Source of the DNA: a virus
Lineage: Duplodnaviria > Caudoviricetes
Virus record (IMG/VR): IMGVR_UViG_3300043567_000569
Coordinates: 1-46,883 of that record
DNA length: 46,883 bases
Direction: 5' to 3' (one strand)
The position numbers were made by a program, and so were the translations under genes. The notes under the pieces were generated by a model that searched no databases, was not told where the DNA came from, and saw only the letters and a program-made list of their open reading frames with translations. This document shows positions 17,335 to 26,638 of this stretch, in pieces. The first letter of the stretch is position 1, and each line of letters starts with the position of its first letter.

Positions 17335-18459
17335 TTACAATCCTCCGTGACCGTTGGAGCAGGCACCCGCTGCTGCTCTTGAAACAATTAAATCTCCAAA
17401 ATCAACTGCATTTCCTTGTGCCTGTATTGTCACATAGTCAATAATATTTGTGTTTCCTGGTGATGGTGCAACATAACCACCTCCCCATAAACCACGAATA
17501 GAACTCGAAACTGCTTGCATTGGTCCACCAGTTCTGGTCAAATCCCCAAATCTTACTGCATTTCCCAATGATGCAATAGTTATATATTGTATTGTGTTTA
17601 TTCCTGTAGGGGTGTATCCACCTCCAAATAACCCTCTTATTGGATTAGAACAGGCAGTACAGTTTCTTACTGTAACTGTTAAATCTCCAAAGTCAGTCGC
17701 ATTTCCTAATGTAGAAATAGTTATGTAATCAATAACATTACTATTATTTCCTGTTGGTGATAAATATCCTCCGCCAAAAATACCACGAATTGGTGATGAG
17801 CAGCCTTGAGGACCATCACGAGAAACCGTTAAGTCTCCAAAGTCAACAGCATTTCCTGTTGCTGCAATAGTAATATAATCAATAATATTTTGAATTGCTG
17901 GACCAGTACTTCCACCTGCCCATATACCTCTAGTTGAGTTTGATAAAGAACCTGGAGTTCTTCTTGCAGTTGTTAAACTACCAAAAGATGTTGCATTTCC
18001 CGTTGATGAAATAGTTACAAAATCAATAGTACTTCTATCTGGATCATACCCACCGCCCCATACACCTCTTGTGGAGGAAGAACAGGCAGAAACTCTTCTT
18101 CTTGCTTGTGTTAAATCGCCAAAGTCTGCAGCATTTCCTGTAGAAGATATTGTGATGTAATCTATTACATTTTGTAGTGTTGCACCCTCTCTACCTCCAC
18201 CCCAGACACCACGAGCACCACCATTCAGGTCTGGACGACTTGACTGAACTTCTACCCACTGGTTTCCATCCCAAAGTTCTACCTTATTACTATCAGTATT
18301 ATATCTCAATGCTCCTGCGGTTGAACCAAGACCAACTCTATTATCTGTGGTTCCTTTTGGTAGAATCACATAGTTCTGACTATTAAACTCTAAACTTCCA
18401 TCAAAGACCGGACCATCACTTCCAATACCAGAGATTGTATTTGCGCGTAAAATAGTCAT
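17335..18459 (-). CDS. Kelch-like six-repeat beta-propeller protein, complete adaptor (paralog 7)
   Basis: PKGTTDNR...LRYNTD then six repeats; ends SNGHGGL. Confidence 0.85.
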   Translation of the reverse strand: MTILRANTISGIGSDGPVFDGSLEFNSQNYVILPKGTTDNRVGLGSTAGALRYNTDSNKVELWDGNQWVEVQSSRPDLNGGARGVWGGGREGATLQNVIDYITISSTGNAADFGDLTQARRRVSACSSSTRGVWGGGYDPDRSTIDFVTISSTGNATSFGSLTTARRTPGSLSNSTRGIWAGGSTGPAIQNIIDYITIAATGNAVDFGDLTVSRDGPQGCSSPIRGIFGGGYLSPTGNNSNVIDYITISTLGNATDFGDLTVTVRNCTACSNPIRGLFGGGYTPTGINTIQYITIASLGNAVRFGDLTRTGGPMQAVSSSIRGLWGGGYVAPSPGNTNIIDYVTIQAQGNAVDFGDLIVSRAAAGACSNGHGGL

Positions 18460-18462
18460 TTC

Positions 18463-19596
18463 TTATAAACCTCCGTGAGAGTTGGAGCAGGCAGCAGGAC
18501 CATTTCTACGAACAGTTAAATCTCCAAAATCTATTGCATTGCCTGTTGTTAATATTGTTACATATTGAATTACATTTGACTCTGTTGGTCCAACAGCACC
18601 AGCACCGAAAATACCACGAGTTGATGATGAACATCCTGCAATTTGACCTGTAGGATTAATTAAATCTCCAAAGTCTTGCGCGTCTCCTATTGTCGCAATA
18701 GTAACAAAAGATATCACATTAATAAGTGACGGATTTTCGCCACCTGCAAAAAGACCTCTTGTTGAGTTTGAAATCCCACAAAGATATGCATTTATTATGG
18801 TTAAATCGCCAAAATCAATTGCATTACCGGTAGATGCAATAGTTACATAATTTATTGTGTTTATTCTGGTAGGAGTTGCAGAACCTGCAAATAATCCACG
18901 AGTAGATGAAGAAAGTGAACCAGAGTAAGCACCAGTAAATGTTAAATCTCCAAAATCAACTGCATTTCCTATTGATGCGATAGTAATATAATCAATTGTA
19001 TTAAGTCTTGTTGGATTAAGACCTCCACCAAAAAGACCACGAGTTGATGATGAACAACCGGCAGGACCAACTCTTGCTTGAGTTAAATCTCCAAAGTCTG
19101 CTGCATTTCCTGTTGAAGAAATAGTTACATAATCAATTGTATTTGACTGCGGTGCTAATTGACCTCCACCCCATACACCACGAGTGCTTGATGAGCAAGA
19201 GGATACATAATATCTTCTAACAGTTAAATCTCCAAAGTCTTGTGCATCTCCTGTTGATGATATGGTTATATAATCAATTGTATTATTTGCTGCAGTAGGT
19301 GCTTGATAACCACCACCAAAAACGCCACGAGCACCTGCCTCACTATTAGAACTCACAGCAAGTGCAGGAGTATCAATCACCATTTCCCACCACTGACTTT
19401 GAGCATAAAACTCTAACTTCTGTGAGTCTGTGTTGAATCTGATGGTTCCCTCTGTTGTTGTAATACCAGCGTTGCGTTGGTCTGTCGTTCCTGATGGTGC
19501 AACAAAGTATCCTTGTGTATCAAACCTTGTGACTCCCTGAAAGACAGTGCCGTCAGTTCCAAGTCCAGAGATTTTGTTCGTGCGTAATATTCCCAT
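18463..19596 (-). CDS. Kelch-like six-repeat beta-propeller protein, complete adaptor (paralog 6)
   Basis: PSGTTDQR...IRFNTD then six repeats; ends SNSHGGL. Confidence 0.85.
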   Translation of the reverse strand: MGILRTNKISGLGTDGTVFQGVTRFDTQGYFVAPSGTTDQRNAGITTTEGTIRFNTDSQKLEFYAQSQWWEMVIDTPALAVSSNSEAGARGVFGGGYQAPTAANNTIDYITISSTGDAQDFGDLTVRRYYVSSCSSSTRGVWGGGQLAPQSNTIDYVTISSTGNAADFGDLTQARVGPAGCSSSTRGLFGGGLNPTRLNTIDYITIASIGNAVDFGDLTFTGAYSGSLSSSTRGLFAGSATPTRINTINYVTIASTGNAIDFGDLTIINAYLCGISNSTRGLFAGGENPSLINVISFVTIATIGDAQDFGDLINPTGQIAGCSSSTRGIFGAGAVGPTESNVIQYVTILTTGNAIDFGDLTVRRNGPAACSNSHGGL

Positions 19597-20612
19597 TATA
19601 GACCTCCGTGAGCGTTGGAAAATGAACCCATTCCAAATCTATTTCCACTTAAGTCTCCAAAATCTACCGCATTTCCTTGAGTTAAAATTGTTACATAATC
19701 AATAGTATTTACTCCGGTTGGTGCTACATAACCTCCAGCAAAAATACCACGAGTTGCTGATGCACAATTTCCATCACCAATATACATTTGTCTAGATTGT
19801 GTTAACTCTCCAAATTTTATTGCATTACCTAATGTTGTGATTGTTACATAATCTATATTATTTGTTAAAGTTGGACTATATCCACCACCAAATACCCCTC
19901 TCGTTGCATTGGAGCAAGACATTATTCCACCTCTTGTAATGGTTAAATCGCCAAAATCTTGAGTATTACCTAAAGTGGATATTGTAATATATGCTATTAT
20001 ATTTGTAAAAGGACCATATGAACCAGAAAATATTCCACGAGTTGATGAAGAGCAACCCTTTGTACCTCTTTCTAAACCAGAAACTAAATCGCCAAAATCC
20101 TGTGCATTTACTCCTTGTGATGCAATAGTTACATATTCAATATTATTAAAATTACCTGGTGAAAAACCAGGATTTCTAGCACCAGCAAAAATTCCTCTTG
20201 TAGAAGATGATAATGATGCCTTAGCATTTCCTGTAGTTATAACATCACCAAAGTCTTGGGAATTTCCTGTAGATGAAATTGTAATAAAATCTATTATATT
20301 TGTGAAAGCAGGATTTACACCTGCGCCAAATAATCCACGAGTTGATGATGAGCAACCTGTTGTTCCCCAAAATGCTGCCGTTAAATCACCAAAATCTGTA
20401 GTATTACCTGTAGAAGATATTGTAATATATTCTATTGTATTTGTCGCTGATGGAGTTAATCCCCCACCAAAAACACCACGAGCACCACCATTCAGGTTGT
20501 TAGAGAATGTGCTGACCTGTAACCACTGCGCTCCATCATAATACTCCAACTTCTGTGAGTCGGAGTTAAATCTCATTGCACCTGCGGGAACTTCTACTGG
20601 TGGTAAACTCAT
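19596..20612 (-). CDS. Kelch-like six-repeat beta-propeller protein, B-half adaptor only (paralog 5)
   Basis: Starts ...PAGAMRFNSD; six repeats; ends SNAHGGL. Confidence 0.85.
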   Translation of the reverse strand: MSLPPVEVPAGAMRFNSDSQKLEYYDGAQWLQVSTFSNNLNGGARGVFGGGLTPSATNTIEYITISSTGNTTDFGDLTAAFWGTTGCSSSTRGLFGAGVNPAFTNIIDFITISSTGNSQDFGDVITTGNAKASLSSSTRGIFAGARNPGFSPGNFNNIEYVTIASQGVNAQDFGDLVSGLERGTKGCSSSTRGIFSGSYGPFTNIIAYITISTLGNTQDFGDLTITRGGIMSCSNATRGVFGGGYSPTLTNNIDYVTITTLGNAIKFGELTQSRQMYIGDGNCASATRGIFAGGYVAPTGVNTIDYVTILTQGNAVDFGDLSGNRFGMGSFSNAHGGL

Positions 20613-20634
20613 AGTTTTATACCTCTATCCATAT

Positions 20635-21672
20635 TTATCCGATACCACCGTGACTGTCGGAGCAACCACTATTATAAAAAAGTCTACCAACAGTTAAATC
20701 ACCAAAGTCTGCTGCGTTTCCTGTGGATGTAATCGCAATAAACTCCATAGTATTAACTATAGATGGATTACCTCCACCACCAAATACTCCACGAATTGAG
20801 TTAGAGCAAGAACCTATATATGCACGAGTGGAAGTTAAATTACCAAAAGTAATTGCATTTCCTGTAGAAGCGATTGTAATATAATCAATTGCATTTGTGA
20901 ATGATGGGGTTTGACCTCCAGCAAAAACACCACGAGTTGATGAAGAACAAGAAGTAGAACTACTACGAGTAACAGTTAATTCACCAAAAGTTGTAGCATT
21001 TCCTGTTGATGCAATAGTAATATAGTCAATTCTGTTTGAAAATGTTGCAGGACTATTAGATACATATCCACCTCCCCATATACCACGAGTTGGTGATGAG
21101 CAAGAAGAAGCACCTCTCCTTGCTTGAGTTAAATCACCATAGTCAACTGCATTACCTGTTGATGCGATTGTTACATAATCTATTGTGTTTGTAGAATTGG
21201 TGCTTCCAGTCGTTGTTCCACCACCAAATAGTGCTATTGTTGAACTTGCACATGCACTCAAGTCTCTTCTTGCTTGAGACAAATCTCCAAAGTCAGTTGA
21301 GTTTGATGTTGTTGCGATTGTTATATACTCTATAGTATTAATTGGTGCTGGTGAAGAATATCCTGATGCAAATAGTGCTCTGGATGATGAAGCAACAGCA
21401 CACGGCGCTTTACCATCTGCTGCACCCATATTATTGGATAAGTCACCAAAGTCTTGTGCTATTCCTAAAGATTGAATATTGATAAAATCAATTGCATTTG
21501 TAGAACCACCAGGAACATAACCACCTCCAAACAATCCACGACCTCTACTTCTTTGTTCTGTCGTTCCTGTTGCTAGATAGAAGTAGTTTTGTGTATTGAT
21601 TTTAGTGACGCCTTCAAAGGTTACTCCGCCTGAACCAACTCCACTGATAGTATCTGCTCGTAAGTTCGCCAT
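20635..21672 (-). CDS. Kelch-like six-repeat beta-propeller protein, A-half adaptor only (paralog 4)
   Basis: N-terminus ends at TGTTEQR with no RFN motif; six repeats; ends SDSHGGIG. Confidence 0.85.
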   Translation of the reverse strand: MANLRADTISGVGSGGVTFEGVTKINTQNYFYLATGTTEQRSRGRGLFGGGYVPGGSTNAIDFINIQSLGIAQDFGDLSNNMGAADGKAPCAVASSSRALFASGYSSPAPINTIEYITIATTSNSTDFGDLSQARRDLSACASSTIALFGGGTTTGSTNSTNTIDYVTIASTGNAVDYGDLTQARRGASSCSSPTRGIWGGGYVSNSPATFSNRIDYITIASTGNATTFGELTVTRSSSTSCSSSTRGVFAGGQTPSFTNAIDYITIASTGNAITFGNLTSTRAYIGSCSNSIRGVFGGGGNPSIVNTMEFIAITSTGNAADFGDLTVGRLFYNSGCSDSHGGIG

Positions 21673-21673
21673 A

Positions 21674-23056
21674 TTAGAAACCTCCTAAACCACCGTGAGA
21701 GTCTGAACAAGCATCGAGTGAAACTCGACCTACAGTTAAATCTCCAAAGTCTTGTGCGTTTGATGTAGATGCAATGGTAATATATTCTATGGTATTTGTA
21801 ATCGTTGGCGTTTCTCCGCCACCAAAAATACCACGAATATTGGAAGAACAAGCACCAGTATATGTTTTTGCTTGAGTTAAATTTCCAAAGTCAGTTGCAT
21901 TTCCTACTGAACTTATAGTAATATAGTCCATTGTATTCACATTAGCAGGATTAACACCACCACCAAATACTCCACGAGTATTAGAAGAACATCCATTAGG
22001 TCCATGCCTCGTTTGAGTTAAATCACCAAAGTCTGATGCATTTCCGGTTGATGCAATAGTAACAAATTCAATTATATTCCAACTCAAATTTGCAGGAGAT
22101 GGTTGAGAAAAACCACCGGCAAATACTCCACGAGTTGAAGATGAACAAGCAGCAATAAAACTTCTAGTAATACTTAAATCTCCAAAATCTTGTGCATTTC
22201 CTAGAGTTGCTATTTGCACATAATCAATAGTATTAAAAGATGTGGCGGTTGGTGTTCCAGTGTATCCTCCTCCAAATAAACCTCTAGTTGATGAAGAACA
22301 TCCACCCCCAGTTTTTCTTCTAGCAGCAATATTTAAATCTCCAAAGTCAATCGCATTGCCTTCTGATGCAATTGTTACATAATCAACTACATTATAAAAA
22401 GTTCCAGGAACATATCCACCAGCAAATAAACCGCGAGTTGATGAAGAGCAAGATTGTAATTGACTTCTGATAACACTCAATGTTCCAAAATTTAAAGCAT
22501 TACCGGTTGATGAAATATTGATAAAGTCAATTACTGATTGTGATGCTGGATTTGCACCACCACCAAAAACACCTCTTCCTCTACCACTTCCATCATAAGA
22601 CAAAGTAGTTCTCCATTCAGTTCCAGTATAAAACTCTAGTTGTCCTAAATCTGAATTGAATCTTGTGCTTCCTTTTTCTGGTGTTGTTTCTCTTGATGCT
22701 GTTCCGCCGTGAGGTAAATCAAAAGCACCAGTCACAGTCAAACTATCTAATCGTCCACCTGTGAGTGGAGTTCCATCAGTGACTGTGATTTCACTATCAA
22801 GAATAATTTCACCAGACAGAGAGTTTAAATTACCCTTTGTGGTTTGTGCAATTGAGATATTACTTGTGACTCTTTGTTGTGCATCTAGAAAACCATCATA
22901 GGTGGTGAGTGTTGAGACTCCACTACCACCAGCAGTGTTTTCTGAAAGAATTTGTCCACGAACATCCAAACGAACCGATGGAACTGTGGTGTTGATACCG
23001 ACCAGTTCATTTGTTAAATTAAAATCAGTTGATAAACCAATTCTGATGCTAGGCAT
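21674..23056 (-). CDS. Kelch-like six-repeat beta-propeller protein, long fibre-like N-terminus (paralog 3)
   Basis: VGINTTVP..RLDVRG, PHGGTASR...RFNSD, six repeats; ends SDSHGGLGGF. Confidence 0.85.
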   Translation of the reverse strand: MPSIRIGLSTDFNLTNELVGINTTVPSVRLDVRGQILSENTAGGSGVSTLTTYDGFLDAQQRVTSNISIAQTTKGNLNSLSGEIILDSEITVTDGTPLTGGRLDSLTVTGAFDLPHGGTASRETTPEKGSTRFNSDLGQLEFYTGTEWRTTLSYDGSGRGRGVFGGGANPASQSVIDFINISSTGNALNFGTLSVIRSQLQSCSSSTRGLFAGGYVPGTFYNVVDYVTIASEGNAIDFGDLNIAARRKTGGGCSSSTRGLFGGGYTGTPTATSFNTIDYVQIATLGNAQDFGDLSITRSFIAACSSSTRGVFAGGFSQPSPANLSWNIIEFVTIASTGNASDFGDLTQTRHGPNGCSSNTRGVFGGGVNPANVNTMDYITISSVGNATDFGNLTQAKTYTGACSSNIRGIFGGGETPTITNTIEYITIASTSNAQDFGDLTVGRVSLDACSDSHGGLGGF

Positions 23057-23086
23057 ATTATAGTGCTTTTAAGTATTTATTGGTCA

Positions 23087-24448
23087 TTAGAAACCTCCTA
23101 GACCACCGTGAGAGTCTGATACTGAATTAATTTGTTGTTTTGATTGCGATAAGTCTCCAAAATCAACCGAATTTCCTGTTGATACAATTGTAATATATTC
23201 GATAGCGTTTGTATATGTTTCTCCTCCTGCAAAAACTCCTCTTGTTTGAGTGGATATTGCCGAAACTCCACGTCTACTTTGAGATAAATCACCAAAATAA
23301 GTAGCACTACCAAAAGTTGAAATAGTAATGTATTGTATAGTATTGATAGCACTATCATTTTCTCCACCACCAATAAAACCTCTAGTTGAATTACTTCCTC
23401 CGGATGCAATTCTTAACTTTGCTATTAAATCTCCAAAATAAACAGTATTTCCATCACTTGCGGTTAGTTTTGATTCAATAACTGAAGTACGTGCTGGATT
23501 ATAACCACCAAAGAAAATAGAACGAGTTGAAGAATTGCATCCAGTTGACCCACGCCCTCTATAATTATTTGTTGCTCCATGCCCTGCTAAATCACCAAAA
23601 TCATATTTTACACCAGTTGTTGAAAATAAAATACTATCAATTACATTAGTTCCTGCTGGATATCCACCACCTGCTGCTAAACCTCTAGTAGAACTTGATG
23701 TTCCCTGTGAACCCCAACCCCCAGTAACATCAGCGCCAAAATCAATAGCATTACCCTCTGATGCAAGTGTGATATAATACATATCAACATTATTTGCGGG
23801 ATTTGACCAACGCCCACCAAATACACCTCTAGTGCTATTAGACATTCCAGCACCACCATATCCAGCAATTGTTAAATCGCCAAAATTAATAGAATTTCCA
23901 AGTGAACTTATATTCACATATTCAATAACTCTGGAATCAACACCTGGAGATGCTTGTCCTCCACCAAAAACACCTCTTCCTCTCTGTGTTGTATTATCAA
24001 CCTGTCTCCATCTATCACCATCCCAGAACTCCATCGTTGCGAAGTCTCTGTTAAAGAATAACTGTCCTGGTGTTGGTTTTGGTGGTCTATCAGCAGTTCC
24101 ACCAACAGGAACCGTAAACGTATTATAAACTTTCAGACTATCAATATTACCTTGAGAACTTGTGGTTCCTGATGCAACTGTTACGGTGATTCCAGTTCCT
24201 ACAATAATCTCACCAGACAACGAACCACTTATTCCACCACCAGAGATTGTCGTGTTCTCAACAATATTCTGATTGGAGTTTAGAAAACCTTCATAGGTTG
24301 TGAACGTTGAGACTCCAGTGACCTTAAGACTATCACCTTTTACAACACCAACAACATCCAGTTTTGTTTGTGGTGTTGCGGAGTTGATACCAACATTACC
24401 GTTGTTGAGTGTAAAGTCATCGGAGAATTGAAAACGATTCGTTGGCAT
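23087..24448 (-). CDS. Kelch-like six-repeat beta-propeller protein, long fibre-like N-terminus (paralog 2, most divergent repeats)
   Basis: VGINSATP..KLDVVG, PVGGTADRP...FFNRD, six repeats; ends SDSHGGLGGF. Confidence 0.85.
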   Translation of the reverse strand: MPTNRFQFSDDFTLNNGNVGINSATPQTKLDVVGVVKGDSLKVTGVSTFTTYEGFLNSNQNIVENTTISGGGISGSLSGEIIVGTGITVTVASGTTSSQGNIDSLKVYNTFTVPVGGTADRPPKPTPGQLFFNRDFATMEFWDGDRWRQVDNTTQRGRGVFGGGQASPGVDSRVIEYVNISSLGNSINFGDLTIAGYGGAGMSNSTRGVFGGRWSNPANNVDMYYITLASEGNAIDFGADVTGGWGSQGTSSSTRGLAAGGGYPAGTNVIDSILFSTTGVKYDFGDLAGHGATNNYRGRGSTGCNSSTRSIFFGGYNPARTSVIESKLTASDGNTVYFGDLIAKLRIASGGSNSTRGFIGGGENDSAINTIQYITISTFGSATYFGDLSQSRRGVSAISTQTRGVFAGGETYTNAIEYITIVSTGNSVDFGDLSQSKQQINSVSDSHGGLGGF

Positions 24449-24449
24449 T

Positions 24450-25814
24450 TTAGAAACCTCCTAGACCACCGTGAGAGTCTGAACAAGCACCGAGTGCAAA
24501 TCTACCTACAGTTAAATCTCCAAAGTCTTGTGTATTTCCTGTTGATGCAATAGTTAAATATTCTATAACATTTCCTGTTGTTGAAGTTCCACCAAATACA
24601 CCCCGAATTTGTGTCGCACACCCACCTGGTCTATTTTTAACCTCGGTCAAATCTCCAAAATAAGTAGCATTTCCAGTCGATGCAATAGTTACATAATCAA
24701 TAAGATTAATAAATGTTGGTTGACTTATTCCACCTCCCGCAAACAGTCCACGAACAGAATTTGAACAACCTGATACTCCCCAACGTTTTGTAGTTAGTTC
24801 TCCAAACTTTACTGCATTTCCTGTTGAAGATATTGTTACAAAATCAATTAAGTTTGATGGAGAATTTCCTGATGGGGCAGAACCACCTCCCCAAATTGCA
24901 CGAGTTGGTGATGAAAAACTAGCAACACTATATCTACCCGTAAATAAGTCACCAAAGTCAACTGCATTCCCTAACGTAGAAAATTGAATATAATCAATTA
25001 CATTTACTACTGCGTTTGCAGGACTTGTTGTATAACCTCCACCAAATAATCCACGAGTTGAAGATGAACAACCAGCAGCATATGCTCTGTTTGCTGTAGA
25101 CAAAGTTCCAAAAGAAATTGCATTTCCTTCTGTTGCAATTGTAACATACTCAATAGTGTTTATATACCCCGGACTTCCCGATGCAGCACCGCCAGAAAAA
25201 ATACCTCTAATTGATGATGAACATGATGATATGTTACTTCTTGCTGATAATAATACTCCAAAATTAATTGCATTTCCTTGAGAAGAAATGTTAATAAAAT
25301 CAATTGTTTGAGAAAATAATGGAGTATTAGCACCACCACCAAAAACACCACGACCACTTGCACCAGTGACTGTAAACTGTCTCCACTCAAAACCATTCCA
25401 GAATTCGAGTGTATTCAAGTCATCATTAAATCTGACCATTCCTTCTACGGGGTCTGTAGGTCTTGTTGATGTTCCTCCATTTGGAACACTGAAATGTGAC
25501 TGAACACTGATGCTTTCTAATGAACCAAGAGTTACAGTAGAACCAACAGATACTACAAAAGTTACTCCAGCACCGACAATAATGTCTTCTGATGGTGAAT
25601 TAAACTCTCCTGTGAGGGTAAGATTTTCATTAACATTCTGAAACTCTGGAACAAATCCTTCATAAACAGAAAGAGTATTAACACCAGAAACATTAAAGTC
25701 TCCTTTGAGTGCTCCTACAACATCAAGTGTTGCTCTTGGATTATCGGTTCCTATACCAATATTTTGATTCTTTACTACATAATCTGAACCAAAACCAACG
25801 CGAATACTAGGCAT
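24450..25814 (-). CDS. Kelch-like six-repeat beta-propeller protein, long fibre-like N-terminus (paralog 1)
   Basis: IGIGTDNP..TLDVVG, PNGGTSTRP...VRFNDD, six repeats; ends SDSHGGLGGF. Confidence 0.85.
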   Translation of the reverse strand: MPSIRVGFGSDYVVKNQNIGIGTDNPRATLDVVGALKGDFNVSGVNTLSVYEGFVPEFQNVNENLTLTGEFNSPSEDIIVGAGVTFVVSVGSTVTLGSLESISVQSHFSVPNGGTSTRPTDPVEGMVRFNDDLNTLEFWNGFEWRQFTVTGASGRGVFGGGANTPLFSQTIDFINISSQGNAINFGVLLSARSNISSCSSSIRGIFSGGAASGSPGYINTIEYVTIATEGNAISFGTLSTANRAYAAGCSSSTRGLFGGGYTTSPANAVVNVIDYIQFSTLGNAVDFGDLFTGRYSVASFSSPTRAIWGGGSAPSGNSPSNLIDFVTISSTGNAVKFGELTTKRWGVSGCSNSVRGLFAGGGISQPTFINLIDYVTIASTGNATYFGDLTEVKNRPGGCATQIRGVFGGTSTTGNVIEYLTIASTGNTQDFGDLTVGRFALGACSDSHGGLGGF

Positions 25815-25825
25815 AGTACCTCACA

Positions 25826-26614
25826 TTATACAGAAACTTTTGTCATCAAAGTCGTAACAGTTGCCGAACTTGCACTTGTCATGTTCACTCGGAATAAAAC
25901 ATTTCCTCCACTGATCGATACAGTAAAAGTTCCAAGCATACTTCCTGTTGCAACCGCAGACTCTTCAATCAAAGTAGCAGTTGCTCCGTCGTGAATGACA
26001 AGATATTTTCCTACCTGATAGTTTGAACCTTGTGTAATTTGTGCAGTAATTGTTGCAGAACGATAAGACGCTACAGCAAAGGTTTCACAAGTCGTTGGAG
26101 ATGTTGTTGCAACTGCAGTATCTTTTTCTGATGCACCACCAAGTCCACCCCATTCTGCACCATTATAACCTTCAAATGTATCTAGGTCAGTGTTGAAACG
26201 AACAAAACCAGCATCTGGTGTTGCTGGTCTTTCTGCTGTTGTACCAACTGGAACTTTGATTGAGTCAGTTCCACCAACATCAAAAGTCGTTTGTGGTGAT
26301 GTAGAGTTAACACCGACTCTTGAAGTATTTGTGGTTGTAATAATTGTACCACCAACACCAACGTTGAGAAGTGTTGCTGTGGTAATTCCAATGTTAGCAG
26401 TGAGGTTTTGAAGTTCTCTGCCGTTTGAAATAACTTGAGTGGTATCTACATAATAAGCAGATGCTGTTACAATACCAGAAAAGTTACCAGTAGTTCCACC
26501 AATTCCTGTAAGACCAATGATACCAGAACCAGTCAGGTCTAGATTATCACCTGTTGGTAACTCTTTAATGTAAAGAGTCGATGTATCTACAACTAATGGA
26601 ACTCTGTTCGCCAT
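25826..26614 (-). CDS. Virion structural / fibre adaptor protein
   Basis: VGVNSTSP, PVGTTAERP...VRFNTD..FEGYNGAEW and a beta-rich C-terminal domain. Confidence 0.75.
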   Translation of the reverse strand: MANRVPLVVDTSTLYIKELPTGDNLDLTGSGIIGLTGIGGTTGNFSGIVTASAYYVDTTQVISNGRELQNLTANIGITTATLLNVGVGGTIITTTNTSRVGVNSTSPQTTFDVGGTDSIKVPVGTTAERPATPDAGFVRFNTDLDTFEGYNGAEWGGLGGASEKDTAVATTSPTTCETFAVASYRSATITAQITQGSNYQVGKYLVIHDGATATLIEESAVATGSMLGTFTVSISGGNVLFRVNMTSASSATVTTLMTKVSV

Positions 26615-26638
26615 TATAACTTTCTGATTTTAATGTAT

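Larger units (their letters stand above)
5823..25814 (-). repeat. About 84 copies (14 genes x 6) of a ~140-nt coding repeat
   Basis: Recurrent plus-strand core TTAAATCTCCAAA(G/A)TC...TGCATTTCCTGTTGA encoding STGNAxDFGDL. Confidence 0.9.

Noticed and set aside
19975-20541. Plus-strand shadow ORFs (also 7970, 9831, 12740, 30010, 31154, 36187, 41270 and others) and short alternative-frame minus ORFs
   Set aside because: They lie opposite or within strong genes; G/S/T-rich codon bias removes antisense stops; no promoters or recognisable motifs
5823-25814. Diversity-generating retroelement
   Set aside because: No reverse transcriptase or Avd in the window and no non-coding template repeat with adenine-specific differences was seen; cannot be excluded elsewhere in the genome
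5823-25814. CRISPR-like repeat-spacer array
   Set aside because: Repeats are degenerate, in frame, vary at wobble positions and are fully protein-coding; no cas genes
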